Below, piece after piece: positions 1 to 8,719 of a DNA stretch of 64,000 nt. Every line of letters begins with the position of its first letter. The first letter of the stretch is position 1. This stretch comes from Alphaproteobacteria bacterium (GTDB lineage: Bacteria > Pseudomonadota > Alphaproteobacteria > GCA-2746255). The notes below the pieces were generated by a model, which had not been told where the DNA came from, made no database searches, and saw nothing but the letters and a program-made list of their open reading frames with translations. A program made the position numbers and the translations under genes. The stretch lies in NCBI GenBank assembly GCA_965249135.1, contig OZ252220.1, positions 742,497 to 806,496 of the forward strand. Reading direction: 5' to 3'.

Positions 1-2225
1 TCCCAAGCGAAGACGAAATCCTGGATTTCATCCGAGAGAGCCCCTCGCCCGTTGGCAAGCGCGAGATTGCTCGCGCCTTTCGCCTGTCCGGCAATTCCCG
101 TCTTAGGCTCAAGGCGTCGCTGAAGGAAATGCTGGAGGAAGGGCAGATCGCGCGAAGCGCGGGCCGCCTCCTCGTCGTGCCGGACGGCCTGCCGCCGGTC
201 GCCGTTCTCGAGATCACCGGTACGGATTCGGACGGCGAGGTGCTGGCGCGCCCTCTTTCGTGGAAGGAGACCGACGCGCCGCCGCCGATCTATGTCGCGA
301 TGGAACGGCGCGGCCGGACGGCGCTCTGGCCGGGCGAGCGGATCCTCGCCCGCGTTCGGAAAACGAAGGATGGTGCCTACGCGGCCCGGATCATTCGCCG
401 CATCGGCGCCGCACCGAACCGTATTCTGGGTGTCCTCGAGGAGGACGCCGGCGGCTTGCGACTGGCGCCGACGGACCGCCGCCACAAGCACACTTACGTC
501 CTGCAAAGCCACGAAAGGAAGGGCGCGCAAGCGGGCGACCTCGTGCTCGCCGAAGTGATCCATAGTTCCAGGCGGGTGCGCGAGGCCCGCGTCGTAGAGC
601 ACTTCGGCCCCTCGGACAAGCCCCGGGCCGTCAGCCTCGTCGCCATCCACAGCCATGACATCCCAGTCGACTTTTCGCCCGAAGCCCTGGCCCAAGCGGA
701 ACAAGCCGGCGCGGCCGGGCTGAACGGCCGGCGCGACCTTCGCGAAACCCCGCTGGTGACGATCGATGGCGCCGACGCCCGTGACTTCGACGACGCCGTC
801 TGGACGGAAGCGGACAAGGACCCGAAGAATCTAGGCGGCTGGCACCTCCTCGTCGCCATCGCGGATGTTGCCCATTACGTTCGTCCCGGCGACGCCCTTG
901 ACCGCGTGGCCTATGAACGCGGCAATTCCGTCTACTTCCCGGACCGGGTCGTGCCGATGCTGCCCGAGCAGCTTTCGAATGGCTGGTGTTCGCTGAAGCC
1001 CGATGAAGACCGGCCTTGCCTTGCCGCCCATCTGTGGATCGACCGGAACGGCAAGCTGCTGCGCCATAAGTTTGAGCGCGCGCTCATGCGATCGGCGGCG
1101 CGGCTCACCTATGAGCAGGTCCAGCGCGCCGAGGACGGTTTCCCCGATGCAACGACGAAGCCGTTGCTCGCCCATGTCCTTAAACCCCTTTACGGGGCCT
1201 ATCGCGCGCTGAAGGCGGCGCGCGCGGAGCGCGGTACGATCGAGATCGATCTGCCGGAGCGCGTGGTCGTGTTCGATGCGGACGGCCGGCTTGCCGCCAT
1301 CCGCTCCACCCAGCGTTTCGAATCCCATCACCTGATCGAGGAATGCATGATCCTCGCCAACGTGGCCGCCGCCGAAACGCTCGAAAAACATCGTGCGCCT
1401 TGCCTGTACCGCATCCACGACACGCCACCGGAGAACAAGCTGGAACCGCTTCGGGAATTCTTAAAATCCCTTAACATTCGGCTGGCCAAGGGTCAGGTCT
1501 TGCGCCCCCACCACTTCAACCAAATCCTTCAGCGTGCGGCCGACACGGCGTTTTCCGAAATCGTCAACCTCGTCGTGTTGCGCAGCCAATCGAAGGCGGA
1601 ATACAGCCCCGAGAATCACGGACATTTCGGGCTGGCGCTTCGCCGTTACTGCCACTTCACCTCGCCGATCCGCCGCTATGCCGATCTGATCGTGCATCGT
1701 TGTCTCATTCGTGCGCTCGACTTAGGGCCGGAAGGGGTGACGGCGGAAACCGAATCGAAACTCACCGAGATCGGCGAACACATCTCGCTCTTGGAACGCC
1801 GGGCGGAAACGGCCGAGCGGGATGCGACGGATCGCTACGCCACCCTTTTCCTCAGCGATCGCGTCGGCGCCGAATTCTCCGGTCAGATCGCGGGCGTTAC
1901 GCGCTTCGGACTCTTCGTGACATTGGACGATACCGGCGCGGACGGCTTCATTCCCATTCGGACCCTGGGCTGGGAACACTTCATCCATGACGAGGTGCAC
2001 CACTGCTTGGTAGGCGAGCGAAGTGGGCTTACTTTTCGCTTGGGTGATCGGGTTTTGGTGCGGCTTGTAGAGGCGAACACGGCGACGGGCAGTCTGCTTT
2101 TCAAACTCATCGAGGGAGGCGCGGTCGAAAAGGCCCGCGGCCTGCCCCCCATTGGTGGGAAACGGCGGCCAAAGCGCGCCCGAAATACCCGGAAAAAGAA
2201 GGCCGCAAGGGTGCGAAAACGTTAA
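1..2225 (+). CDS. rnr: Ribonuclease R (5' end truncated by window edge)
   Basis: RNB catalytic motif TIDGADARDFDDA, HFTSPIRRYADL, C-terminal S1 domain and basic tail. The frame is open from base 3 (PSEDEILDFIRESPSPVGKREIARAF), so the true start is upstream of the window. Confidence 0.95.
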   Translation, partial: PSEDEILDFIRESPSPVGKREIARAFRLSGNSRLRLKASLKEMLEEGQIARSAGRLLVVPDGLPPVAVLEITGTDSDGEVLARPLSWKETDAPPPIYVAMERRGRTALWPGERILARVRKTKDGAYAARIIRRIGAAPNRILGVLEEDAGGLRLAPTDRRHKHTYVLQSHERKGAQAGDLVLAEVIHSSRRVREARVVEHFGPSDKPRAVSLVAIHSHDIPVDFSPEALAQAEQAGAAGLNGRRDLRETPLVTIDGADARDFDDAVWTEADKDPKNLGGWHLLVAIADVAHYVRPGDALDRVAYERGNSVYFPDRVVPMLPEQLSNGWCSLKPDEDRPCLAAHLWIDRNGKLLRHKFERALMRSAARLTYEQVQRAEDGFPDATTKPLLAHVLKPLYGAYRALKAARAERGTIEIDLPERVVVFDADGRLAAIRSTQRFESHHLIEECMILANVAAAETLEKHRAPCLYRIHDTPPENKLEPLREFLKSLNIRLAKGQVLRPHHFNQILQRAADTAFSEIVNLVVLRSQSKAEYSPENHGHFGLALRRYCHFTSPIRRYADLIVHRCLIRALDLGPEGVTAETESKLTEIGEHISLLERRAETAERDATDRYATLFLSDRVGAEFSGQIAGVTRFGLFVTLDDTGADGFIPIRTLGWEHFIHDEVHHCLVGERSGLTFRLGDRVLVRLVEANTATGSLLFKLIEGGAVEKARGLPPIGGKRRPKRARNTRKKKAARVRKR

Positions 2226-2233
2226 AATGCCCC

Positions 2234-3790
2234 ATGGGCACGAATCATAAGAACACGAACCCTAAGAAGAAGTGGAGGCGGCGATGCCTCCCTTCGGCGC
2301 TTACCGCCACCCTCCTTCTTTTTTCGGCCTGTGCAACCGAGCGGCCGCTTACCGAAGCGCGCCCCATCGATGCGCCGACGGCCGTCTTTGCTGCGGGCTA
2401 TGGTGGCATCATCGCAAAATACATCGAGCAGAAGACGGCCGGCGAATTGGCGCTCGAAGCCCTCCAGGGACTTTCGGCCGTCGACCCGGCATTCAAGGTC
2501 GAGGCGCGAGGCAACTTGCTTCGCCTAAGCCAGGGCGATCGCCTGCTTCGAGTCGGCGTCGCCTCGGCGCCTCGGAACCTCGATGGCTGGGCGAGCTTAA
2601 GCGCGGACTTCCTTGCCGTCTCCCTGGCGAACCTCTCGCCCGACATCGAAGCCGACGAGGACGCCTTCATGGCGGTGATGTTTGATCGTGTGCTTGGTTC
2701 GCTGGATGAATATTCGCGCTATGCCGGCGCGCGACTGGCGTTGCGCCAACGTGAAAAACGCAAGGGCTATAGCGGCGTGGGCCTGCAGGTACATGACTTC
2801 GAAGGGGCCTTCCTGGTGACGGACGTGATCCCGGACAGTCCCGCCAAGAAGGCCGGCATCCAACCCTCGGACGAAATCCTGAAAATCAATGACTTTTCCG
2901 TCGAGGGCCTCGACATCGCGGGCGTGTTTCGCCGGCTTCGCGGCCCCGTCAGCAGCAAACTCGCCCTCGTCCTGCGAAGGCCGAACGTTCCTGACCCGAT
3001 TGAAGTCACGCTTTATCGTCAGCATGTGTTTGCACCGACCGTCGAATACAAACGCCGTGATTCCATCGCCTATTTCCAACTCAGCGGTTTTAACCGCGAC
3101 ACCGCCCGAAGCCTTACCCGCCATTTGCACAAGGCCGAGGAAAAAATCAACCCGCCGCTTCAAGGAATCGTTCTCGATCTTCGCGGCAATCCGGGAGGTT
3201 TGATGGACCAGGCGATCGCCGTCGCCGACCATTTTCTCGAATCGGATGGGATTATTTATACGCGCGGCCGTCATTCGAACAGCAGCCATATCTACAACGC
3301 CGTTGCGGGCGATATTGGTAACGGCCTGCCGATCGTCATTCTTCTGAATGGCAAAAGCGCTTCTTCCGCCGAGATCGTCGCCGGCGCGCTCCAGGATCGG
3401 CACCGCGCGCTCGTCGTCGGCAGCCGGTCCTATGGCAAGGGCACCGTCCAGACGATCCTTCCCTTACCCAACGGCGCAGAAATTACGCTCACCTGGTCAC
3501 TTATCTATACGCCTTCCGGTGGCACCCTGAACAAAATCGGCATTCTGCCGGACGTCTGCACGGCGGGCCTTAAGGGAAAAGCGTCAAGCCTGCTTCGCGA
3601 GATGGTAAGCAAGCGGCACACAAGCCCGGAGCGCGCAAGAAAAGCCGACTGCCCCCCGCTTCGCACGGAAAGCCCACTCGACCTTTCCATTGCCGAGGGG
3701 CTTTTGGGAAACACCGCCCTCTATGCAAGCCTGCTTAAAGAAACGCGTGAGGAAATCGCCGATAAAGAAAGGCTATCGCCCGAAGACTAG
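2234..3790 (+). CDS. ctpA: S41 family carboxyl-terminal processing protease (PDZ), probable lipoprotein
   Basis: GVGL-PDZ region, LDLRGNPGG, SASSAEIVAGALQD, GKGTVQ (Ser/Lys dyad); lipobox-like LFSAC. Confidence 0.85.
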   Translation: MGTNHKNTNPKKKWRRRCLPSALTATLLLFSACATERPLTEARPIDAPTAVFAAGYGGIIAKYIEQKTAGELALEALQGLSAVDPAFKVEARGNLLRLSQGDRLLRVGVASAPRNLDGWASLSADFLAVSLANLSPDIEADEDAFMAVMFDRVLGSLDEYSRYAGARLALRQREKRKGYSGVGLQVHDFEGAFLVTDVIPDSPAKKAGIQPSDEILKINDFSVEGLDIAGVFRRLRGPVSSKLALVLRRPNVPDPIEVTLYRQHVFAPTVEYKRRDSIAYFQLSGFNRDTARSLTRHLHKAEEKINPPLQGIVLDLRGNPGGLMDQAIAVADHFLESDGIIYTRGRHSNSSHIYNAVAGDIGNGLPIVILLNGKSASSAEIVAGALQDRHRALVVGSRSYGKGTVQTILPLPNGAEITLTWSLIYTPSGGTLNKIGILPDVCTAGLKGKASSLLREMVSKRHTSPERARKADCPPLRTESPLDLSIAEGLLGNTALYASLLKETREEIADKERLSPED

Positions 3791-3808
3791 GCTGCTCCCG
3801 CATATTGC

Positions 3809-3836
3809 TTGACAGAACCCGCGGAAAGGCTAAGTT
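3809..3836 (+). promoter_or_regulatory. sigma-70-type promoter of rpmG
   Basis: TTGACA-N16-TAAGTT about 45 nt upstream of the rpmG ATG. Confidence 0.6.
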
Positions 3837-3880
3837 GGCGGCCCCGAAGCGGGGACCAAAGCGTCTAGGGATCTTGAGAA

Positions 3881-4051
3881 ATGGCGAAATCGAAGAACAC
3901 CGTCCTGATCAAGCTGGTGAGTTCGGCCAAGACCGGCTACTACTACCTTCGGAAGAAGAACCCGAGGAAATTGACGGAGAAGATCGAGCTTAAGAAGTAC
4001 GACCCCGTCGTCCGCAAGCACGTTCTCTTTAAGGAAGCAAAACTGAAATAG
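3881..4051 (+). CDS. rpmG: 50S ribosomal protein L33 (non-zinc form), absent from ORF track
   Basis: Translated by hand: [56 protein letters not shown] (56 aa; [14 protein letters not shown] signature). Confidence 0.97.
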   Translation: MAKSKNTVLIKLVSSAKTGYYYLRKKNPRKLTEKIELKKYDPVVRKHVLFKEAKLK

Positions 4052-4082
4052 GCTTAAGCCCACCTGGCTTGCCTTCTCTCGA

Positions 4083-4102
4083 TCGCCCGCGGGCGGTTTT
4101 TT
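4083..4102 (+). terminator. possible intrinsic terminator after rpmG
   Basis: Short GC hairpin CGCCC-GC-GGGCG followed by a T6 run. Confidence 0.35.
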
Positions 4103-4131
4103 GCTGCCTAGATTTTTTTATAACTACTTGA

Positions 4132-5535
4132 TTAAGCGGAACATTCGATGTCGTCATCGGCGTCGTCGATCACCCACACCTTGTTGCGGCCGAGCGCCTT
4201 TGCCTTGTACATGGCGGAATCGGCCCGTTTGAGCAGTTTCTCCGCCGTATCGGACGGCCCGACGATCTGGGCGCAGCCAAGGCTCACGGTGACGGTGATG
4301 TGTTCGTCCGAACCCACGACGATCGTCCGATCGGAAAGCCCTGCGCGAACGCGCTCGGCCGTTGCCCGCACGAACTGCATCGAACAGTCCGGCATGACGA
4401 CGATGAATTCCTCTCCGCCGAGCCGCGTGACGAGGTCGAAGCTTCGAACATTCTCGCGGATACGTTTTGCCACTTCTTTCAAGACTTCGTCGCCCGTCGA
4501 ATGGCCGTAGCGGTCGTTCACCTCCTTGAAGTGATCGACATCGATCATCATCAAGGTCAGGGCCTTCATGTCATGGATGGCTTCCCCTATCATCCGGGGC
4601 AGATGGGTCTCCAGGTAACGCCGGTTATAGAGGCCGGAAAGGCTGTCCGTAACCGCCATCGCCAGGCTGTCGCGGTAATCGCTGCTCAGCCGTTCCTGAT
4701 AGCGCCGGTGACGGATCTGCGTGCGGCTTCGAAGTATAAGCTCGCTGCTCTCGATCGGCCGGACCAAATAGTCATGGACACCGACCTCGAACGCCTTGGC
4801 TAGGATTTCCTGTTCGTGCTCCTCGACGAGGACGAGTATAGGTAAGTTGCGAAGCTCTTCACGGGCACGCAGTTGGGCCACAAGCCTTAGCGAATCTTCC
4901 TTCAATAAATCCATGCTGAGGATGACGAGCTCATACGAATCCTCAAGCGCCGAGTCGATTGCTACCGTGCCGTCCTCGAAAATCGTGACGTCGTCGTCTA
5001 CGTGCGTCTGCAGGGTTTCCCGAATACGGTCGGCGCTGGCCGCGTTGTCTTCGATCACAAGAACGTTCGCCTTGCTGGCGTCTTCCCGGGAAATGGCCGG
5101 CATGCCATATTCGAGGCCGAGCTGCTCATAGGTCTCCGCCCGGCTCCGGAAGGCATCCATCATCATCTTGAGGCGCGTCAGATTGTGAACCCGCGCAAGC
5201 AGCGCCTTGTCATTGACCGGCTTCGTCAAAAAGTCGTCGGCGCCTGCCTCGAGGCCATGAATGCGATCCTTCGTCTCGCTCAATGCCGTCACCATGACGA
5301 TCGGAATGTGAGCGGTTCTGGGGTTCGCTTTCACCTTCTCGCACACTTCAAAACCGTTCATGCCAGGCATCATCACGTCGAGAAGCACGATGTCTGGAGA
5401 TTCCTTTTCGATCAACTCGAGTGCGGAGGGGCCGTCTACTGCCGTGATAACGTCGAAGTACTCGCTCGAAAGACGCGCTTCCAGTAACTTCACGTTTGCC
5501 GGTATATCATCGACGATTAGGACTCGCGCGGTCAT
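4132..5535 (-). CDS. pleD: PleD-family response regulator / diguanylate cyclase (REC-REC-GGDEF)
   Basis: MTARVLIVDDIPANVKLLEARL N-terminus, two receiver domains, RSFD I-site, GGEEF active site; directly downstream of divK. Confidence 0.95.
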   Translation of the reverse strand: MTARVLIVDDIPANVKLLEARLSSEYFDVITAVDGPSALELIEKESPDIVLLDVMMPGMNGFEVCEKVKANPRTAHIPIVMVTALSETKDRIHGLEAGADDFLTKPVNDKALLARVHNLTRLKMMMDAFRSRAETYEQLGLEYGMPAISREDASKANVLVIEDNAASADRIRETLQTHVDDDVTIFEDGTVAIDSALEDSYELVILSMDLLKEDSLRLVAQLRAREELRNLPILVLVEEHEQEILAKAFEVGVHDYLVRPIESSELILRSRTQIRHRRYQERLSSDYRDSLAMAVTDSLSGLYNRRYLETHLPRMIGEAIHDMKALTLMMIDVDHFKEVNDRYGHSTGDEVLKEVAKRIRENVRSFDLVTRLGGEEFIVVMPDCSMQFVRATAERVRAGLSDRTIVVGSDEHITVTVSLGCAQIVGPSDTAEKLLKRADSAMYKAKALGRNKVWVIDDADDDIECSA

Positions 5536-5548
5536 CGTGCCTACTGCC

Positions 5549-5914
5549 CTAGCCTAGAACCTTCTTGATGGTCTCCAGGAAGTGGGGAACCGAAATCGGC
5601 TTTGCGATATAGGCCTCGCAACCGCCTTCCCGAATCTTTTCCTCGTCCCCCTTCATTGCAAAGGCGGTCACCGCGATGACGGGAATCGACTTCAGCGCTT
5701 CGTCTTCCTTGATCTGTTTCGTAATGGCCAACCCGGAAATTTCCGGAAGCTGAATATCCATCAGCACAAGATCCGGCCGTTGTTCGCGAACGATCTCAAG
5801 CGCTTCGTAGCCATCCTTCGTCTGCAACGTGCGATAGCCGTTCGCCACCAGGAGGTCCTGGAACAGCTTCATGTTCAGTTCGTTGTCTTCGACGATTAGG
5901 ATGGTCTTCGGCAT
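5549..5914 (-). CDS. divK: Polar differentiation single-domain response regulator DivK
   Basis: [18 protein letters not shown]...[10 protein letters not shown]...[25 protein letters not shown]; divK-pleD synteny. Confidence 0.95.
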   Translation of the reverse strand: MPKTILIVEDNELNMKLFQDLLVANGYRTLQTKDGYEALEIVREQRPDLVLMDIQLPEISGLAITKQIKEDEALKSIPVIAVTAFAMKGDEEKIREGGCEAYIAKPISVPHFLETIKKVLG

Positions 5915-5956
5915 TCTAAGGCCCCAGCTTGTTTTTTTAAGTTTTAAACAAGGATG

Positions 5957-5972
5957 GTTAGCATATTCTTAA
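5957..5972 (-). promoter_or_regulatory. CtrA-box-like site upstream of divK
   Basis: Minus strand TTAA-GAATATG-CTAAC (TTAA-N7-TTAAC with one mismatch) about 45 nt upstream of divK, with further TTAA half-sites at 5937 and 5944. Confidence 0.6.
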
Positions 5973-6037
5973 GGTTTCCCCGGCCCAAACAGCCGCTTTC
6001 CAATGAATTTTGGTGAAAGCGGCGGCGGGCCAAGGGC

Positions 6038-6852
6038 TTAGCACTCCGGCTTGGGCAGCCAATCGATCCGCTCGAGCGTGCCGATGATCGTGAAGTCCCC
6101 GTGATCGAAAACCATGCGTTCGGCAACGCCCGACCTCAGCAAGCGCACACCGATTTCGACTTCCGGCACGGCGTCGACCGTGCTGAATGGGAAATAGGCG
6201 AATCGTACCAGCCAGCCACGCGCGCCGGAAAGCCGTGCGAGGCTTTCCTCCTCCTTCGCCGGCTCGGCGATGAAGGGCTTGCCGATGAAGGCACTGACAT
6301 TGTAAACGCCGTCCACCTTCGTCCCGTCATACAAGGGGGCCTGATAGATCTGCGCGTCGGCATCGGCGTGTTCGAGCAGGCCAAGCAGGTGTTCGGTCGG
6401 GAAGATGACGGATGCGGGTAGATCCAGCGTCGTGTCCGATGGTTTCGAGAAGGTGACGCTGCCCGCCTCCCCCTTCGCCGGGATTTCCGCCCGGCCGAGC
6501 AGTTCTTCCCGAACCTTCCCGTTATTCCGATGCACATAATTGAAATGGAATTGAAGCCCGTCGCGGGATTCCCAGCTCGTATAGCGAACCTCGGCAAGGG
6601 ACTCCTCGCCCAGGCTGTTCAACAGGACGAGCTGCGTGCTTTGCACGGATTCCCAGCCCTCACAGGATTTGGCCACTTCCATGACGAAGCCGCCGCTGGC
6701 GTTGAGGATCTGGCTGTTGCGCTTCACCTCGCCGATCGTGGCCGAGTAATAGGCCCGGTGCGAAACGAGCCCCGCCCCCGCCAGGGCCCCCTGGAAGGGG
6801 AAAAAAGAAGAAAAAACAAGAGACCGGGGATGCCCCCTCGACGGGCCGTCAT
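6038..6852 (-). CDS. eipB: EipB / DUF1849 periplasmic cell-envelope integrity protein, with an apparent 1-nt frameshift in the signal-peptide region (~6801-6816)
   Basis: HRAYY...SCEGW...FPTEH...YDG and a C-terminal Cys (PKPEC) are typical of DUF1849. The GGAGG RBS + ATG at 6852 gives a signal peptide only in a frame offset by 1 nt from the body. Confidence 0.75.
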
Positions 6853-6890
6853 CACGCGTCTCCCTCCGTTTCGCCGCGCTCAAGCGCCGG

Positions 6891-6955
6891 CGGCAAGACC
6901 CAGGGCCGACGGCAAGACCCGGGGCCGACGGCAAGACCCGGGGCCGGCGGCAAGA
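6891..6955. repeat. 19-bp tandem repeat, 3 copies plus a partial fourth
   Basis: cggcaagacccagggccga (6891-6909), cggcaagacccggggccga (6910-6928), cggcaagacccggggccgg (6929-6947), cggcaaga (6948-6955). Confidence 0.95.
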
Positions 6956-6962
6956 AAAGACA

Positions 6963-7017
6963 AGGCAAATTCCGCCGACGGTACCGGCAAGAATGAGCCA
7001 CTGGGCAATTTTTACCC
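6963..7017 (+). promoter_or_regulatory. putative sigma-54 enhancer elements (ftr-like dyads)
   Basis: AGGC-AAATTCC-GCCG (6963-6977), CGGC-AAGAATGA-GCC (6985-6999), GGGC-AATTTTT-ACCC (7003-7017), about 80-130 bp upstream of the predicted sigma-54 start site. Confidence 0.5.
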
Positions 7018-7068
7018 CCTTCGTTTCCGGAGAACAACCCTAACCTATTCATTTTTCAAACTTTTTTC

Positions 7069-7085
7069 TTGGCATACCCCTTGCT
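7069..7085 (+). promoter_or_regulatory. sigma-54 (-24/-12) promoter
   Basis: TTGGCATACCCCTTGCT = TGGCA-N6-TTGCT with exact GG-N10-GC spacing, preceded by an AT-rich tract (7045-7070). Confidence 0.8.
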
Positions 7086-7171
7086 TCTTAACTTGGTATC
7101 CGCCAAACGGGCGTGCGAAGGAAATGAGATCCGGGCGTGCACCCGGGCGTGCAAGGAAAACGAGATCGATT

Positions 7172-7918
7172 ATGAGGACGGCGAAGCTCCAACCCGAGAC
7201 GACGGGCCAAAAATTCCTGGCAAGGAACCTTGTCCAAGGGGACGGCCTTAAGCTTGGGCCTGCGCGTACGAAATGCTTGCAGCCCTGGGAGGAACATCTC
7301 CAGGGCGTCAGCCAACTGACGCTGCTCGAGCAGGCCTTGCGAATGGCGGCCGATGCCGAACGCCGACTGGCCGCGCAAGCCGACCGCATCGCCCGGCTCG
7401 AGGTCCTGACGATGACGGACGAATTGACCGGACTTCTCAACCGGCGTGGCTTCGATGCGCAACTCGGTCACGCGCTGGCCACGGCAAACCGCAACGGATC
7501 GACCGGCATCCTGGCCACCTCCGACGTCGACAATTTCAAGGAAATCAACGATCACTTTGGCCATCCGATCGGGGACGAGGTCTTGCGCGAACTCGCCCGC
7601 CGGATCCTGGCGAACGTGCGCGAGACGGACTATGTCGCCCGGATCGGTGGCGACGAATTCGCTGTCCTGATGGTTGAAACGGAAATTGCCTATGGGCTGC
7701 GCCGGATCAAATCCTTGAACCAGTTGATCGGGCGAAGCGTCGTCACCTTGAACGGCCATCGTATTCCGGTCCATGTCAGCTTTGGGGTGGAAACCTTCGG
7801 TCCCGGCGACCGGAAAAAGGATCTGATCGGGCGGGCGGACGCCGCCATGTTCGACAGCAAGCGGCGGAAGGCTCACACATCCTCCGCCCCGGCCGCCTTG
7901 CTCACCGACAGCCGTTAA
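7172..7918 (+). CDS. Diguanylate cyclase (short coiled coil + GGDEF, no recognisable sensor domain)
   Basis: TDELTGLLNRRGF, DVDNFKEINDHFGHPIGD, RETD I-site, intact GGDEF. The start is placed at ATG 7172, downstream of the sigma-54 promoter; the ORF-track 5' extension overlaps eipB. Confidence 0.85.
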   Translation: MRTAKLQPETTGQKFLARNLVQGDGLKLGPARTKCLQPWEEHLQGVSQLTLLEQALRMAADAERRLAAQADRIARLEVLTMTDELTGLLNRRGFDAQLGHALATANRNGSTGILATSDVDNFKEINDHFGHPIGDEVLRELARRILANVRETDYVARIGGDEFAVLMVETEIAYGLRRIKSLNQLIGRSVVTLNGHRIPVHVSFGVETFGPGDRKKDLIGRADAAMFDSKRRKAHTSSAPAALLTDSR

Positions 7919-8613
7919 CCCGCTTCCTTACAATTCGTCCCCACGCCTTCGACACCGCAAAGCTGCACCCGCCAGGGGCTAGGCACGCCGGCTTCCAGAA
8001 GCCGCGCCATCGCGTCTGCGATCTCGGCCTCGGAATAGGGACCGGCGACCACCCGGTAGTAGCGTTCGCCGCGAATGAAGGCGGTCACGATATAGGGGGC
8101 ATGGGCGGCATACTTTTCAGCCACGCGCACCGCATTCGTTCGGAAACGATAGCTGCCAAGCGCGAGGAAGGTGGCCTCGACATGCGGTACTCCCGGATAG
8201 ACCCAGCGCTCGTCCACAAACCTGACGGGCGCCAGCGCCGCCATTTCTTCATCCTTCTCCGAGACTGCCGCCGCCTCCGATCCCGCCTCCGGCAGCGCCT
8301 CGGCGACGTTGAGCGGCGCCGAAACACCGGCCAGCACCACGCCCTGCTCGGTCGTGCCTTCCTTGCGGCAGATGCTTTCGCCCTGAACGATCCGGTAAAG
8401 GGCACAATCCTCTTGTGCCGCATACGAAATCGCATGGTCGGAAACGGTCCGGCCGCTCGCCATATAGGACACGCCGTCCACGGCCAGGCTCGCCACCGTC
8501 ACGGCGGGCGGCAGAGCACAGCCGCCGGCCACGAACGGCAACGACACGACCGCCGCCATCCCGATCGTCTTGCAGAGAAGTTTCACCACGTCCTGCATCG
8601 GATTTCCCGCCAT
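7915..8613 (-). CDS. SPOR-domain lipoprotein
   Basis: Lipobox VAGGC and conserved-looking DGVSY..SGRTVSDHAIS..DC segment; C-terminal LALGSYRFRTNA...YYRVVAGPY SPOR pattern. Confidence 0.7.
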   Translation of the reverse strand: MAGNPMQDVVKLLCKTIGMAAVVSLPFVAGGCALPPAVTVASLAVDGVSYMASGRTVSDHAISYAAQEDCALYRIVQGESICRKEGTTEQGVVLAGVSAPLNVAEALPEAGSEAAAVSEKDEEMAALAPVRFVDERWVYPGVPHVEATFLALGSYRFRTNAVRVAEKYAAHAPYIVTAFIRGERYYRVVAGPYSEAEIADAMARLLEAGVPSPWRVQLCGVEGVGTNCKEAG

Positions 8614-8654
8614 TGCGAACGCGTCTAAGCTTGTTCAGATTTAAAGGGCGCGTC

Positions 8655-8669
8655 TTAACGAATCGTTAA
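8655..8669 (-). promoter_or_regulatory. CtrA box upstream of the SPOR lipoprotein gene
   Basis: TTAA-CGAATCG-TTAA, exact TTAA-N7-TTAA, in an AT-rich intergenic region. Confidence 0.75.
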
Positions 8670-8719
8670 GAATTAAGTCTAAGTTCAGGTGAATAAAGAT
8701 AAAATTCACGCCGACCGGC

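Noticed and set aside
6891..6955. Possible mini CRISPR array
   Set aside because: Units are directly adjacent with no unique spacers, and no cas genes are present in the window.
6530..7171. Long N-terminal extension of the GGDEF ORF (462-aa call)
   Set aside because: It overlaps eipB antisense, runs through the repeat and the sigma-54 promoter, and its translation is not protein-like.
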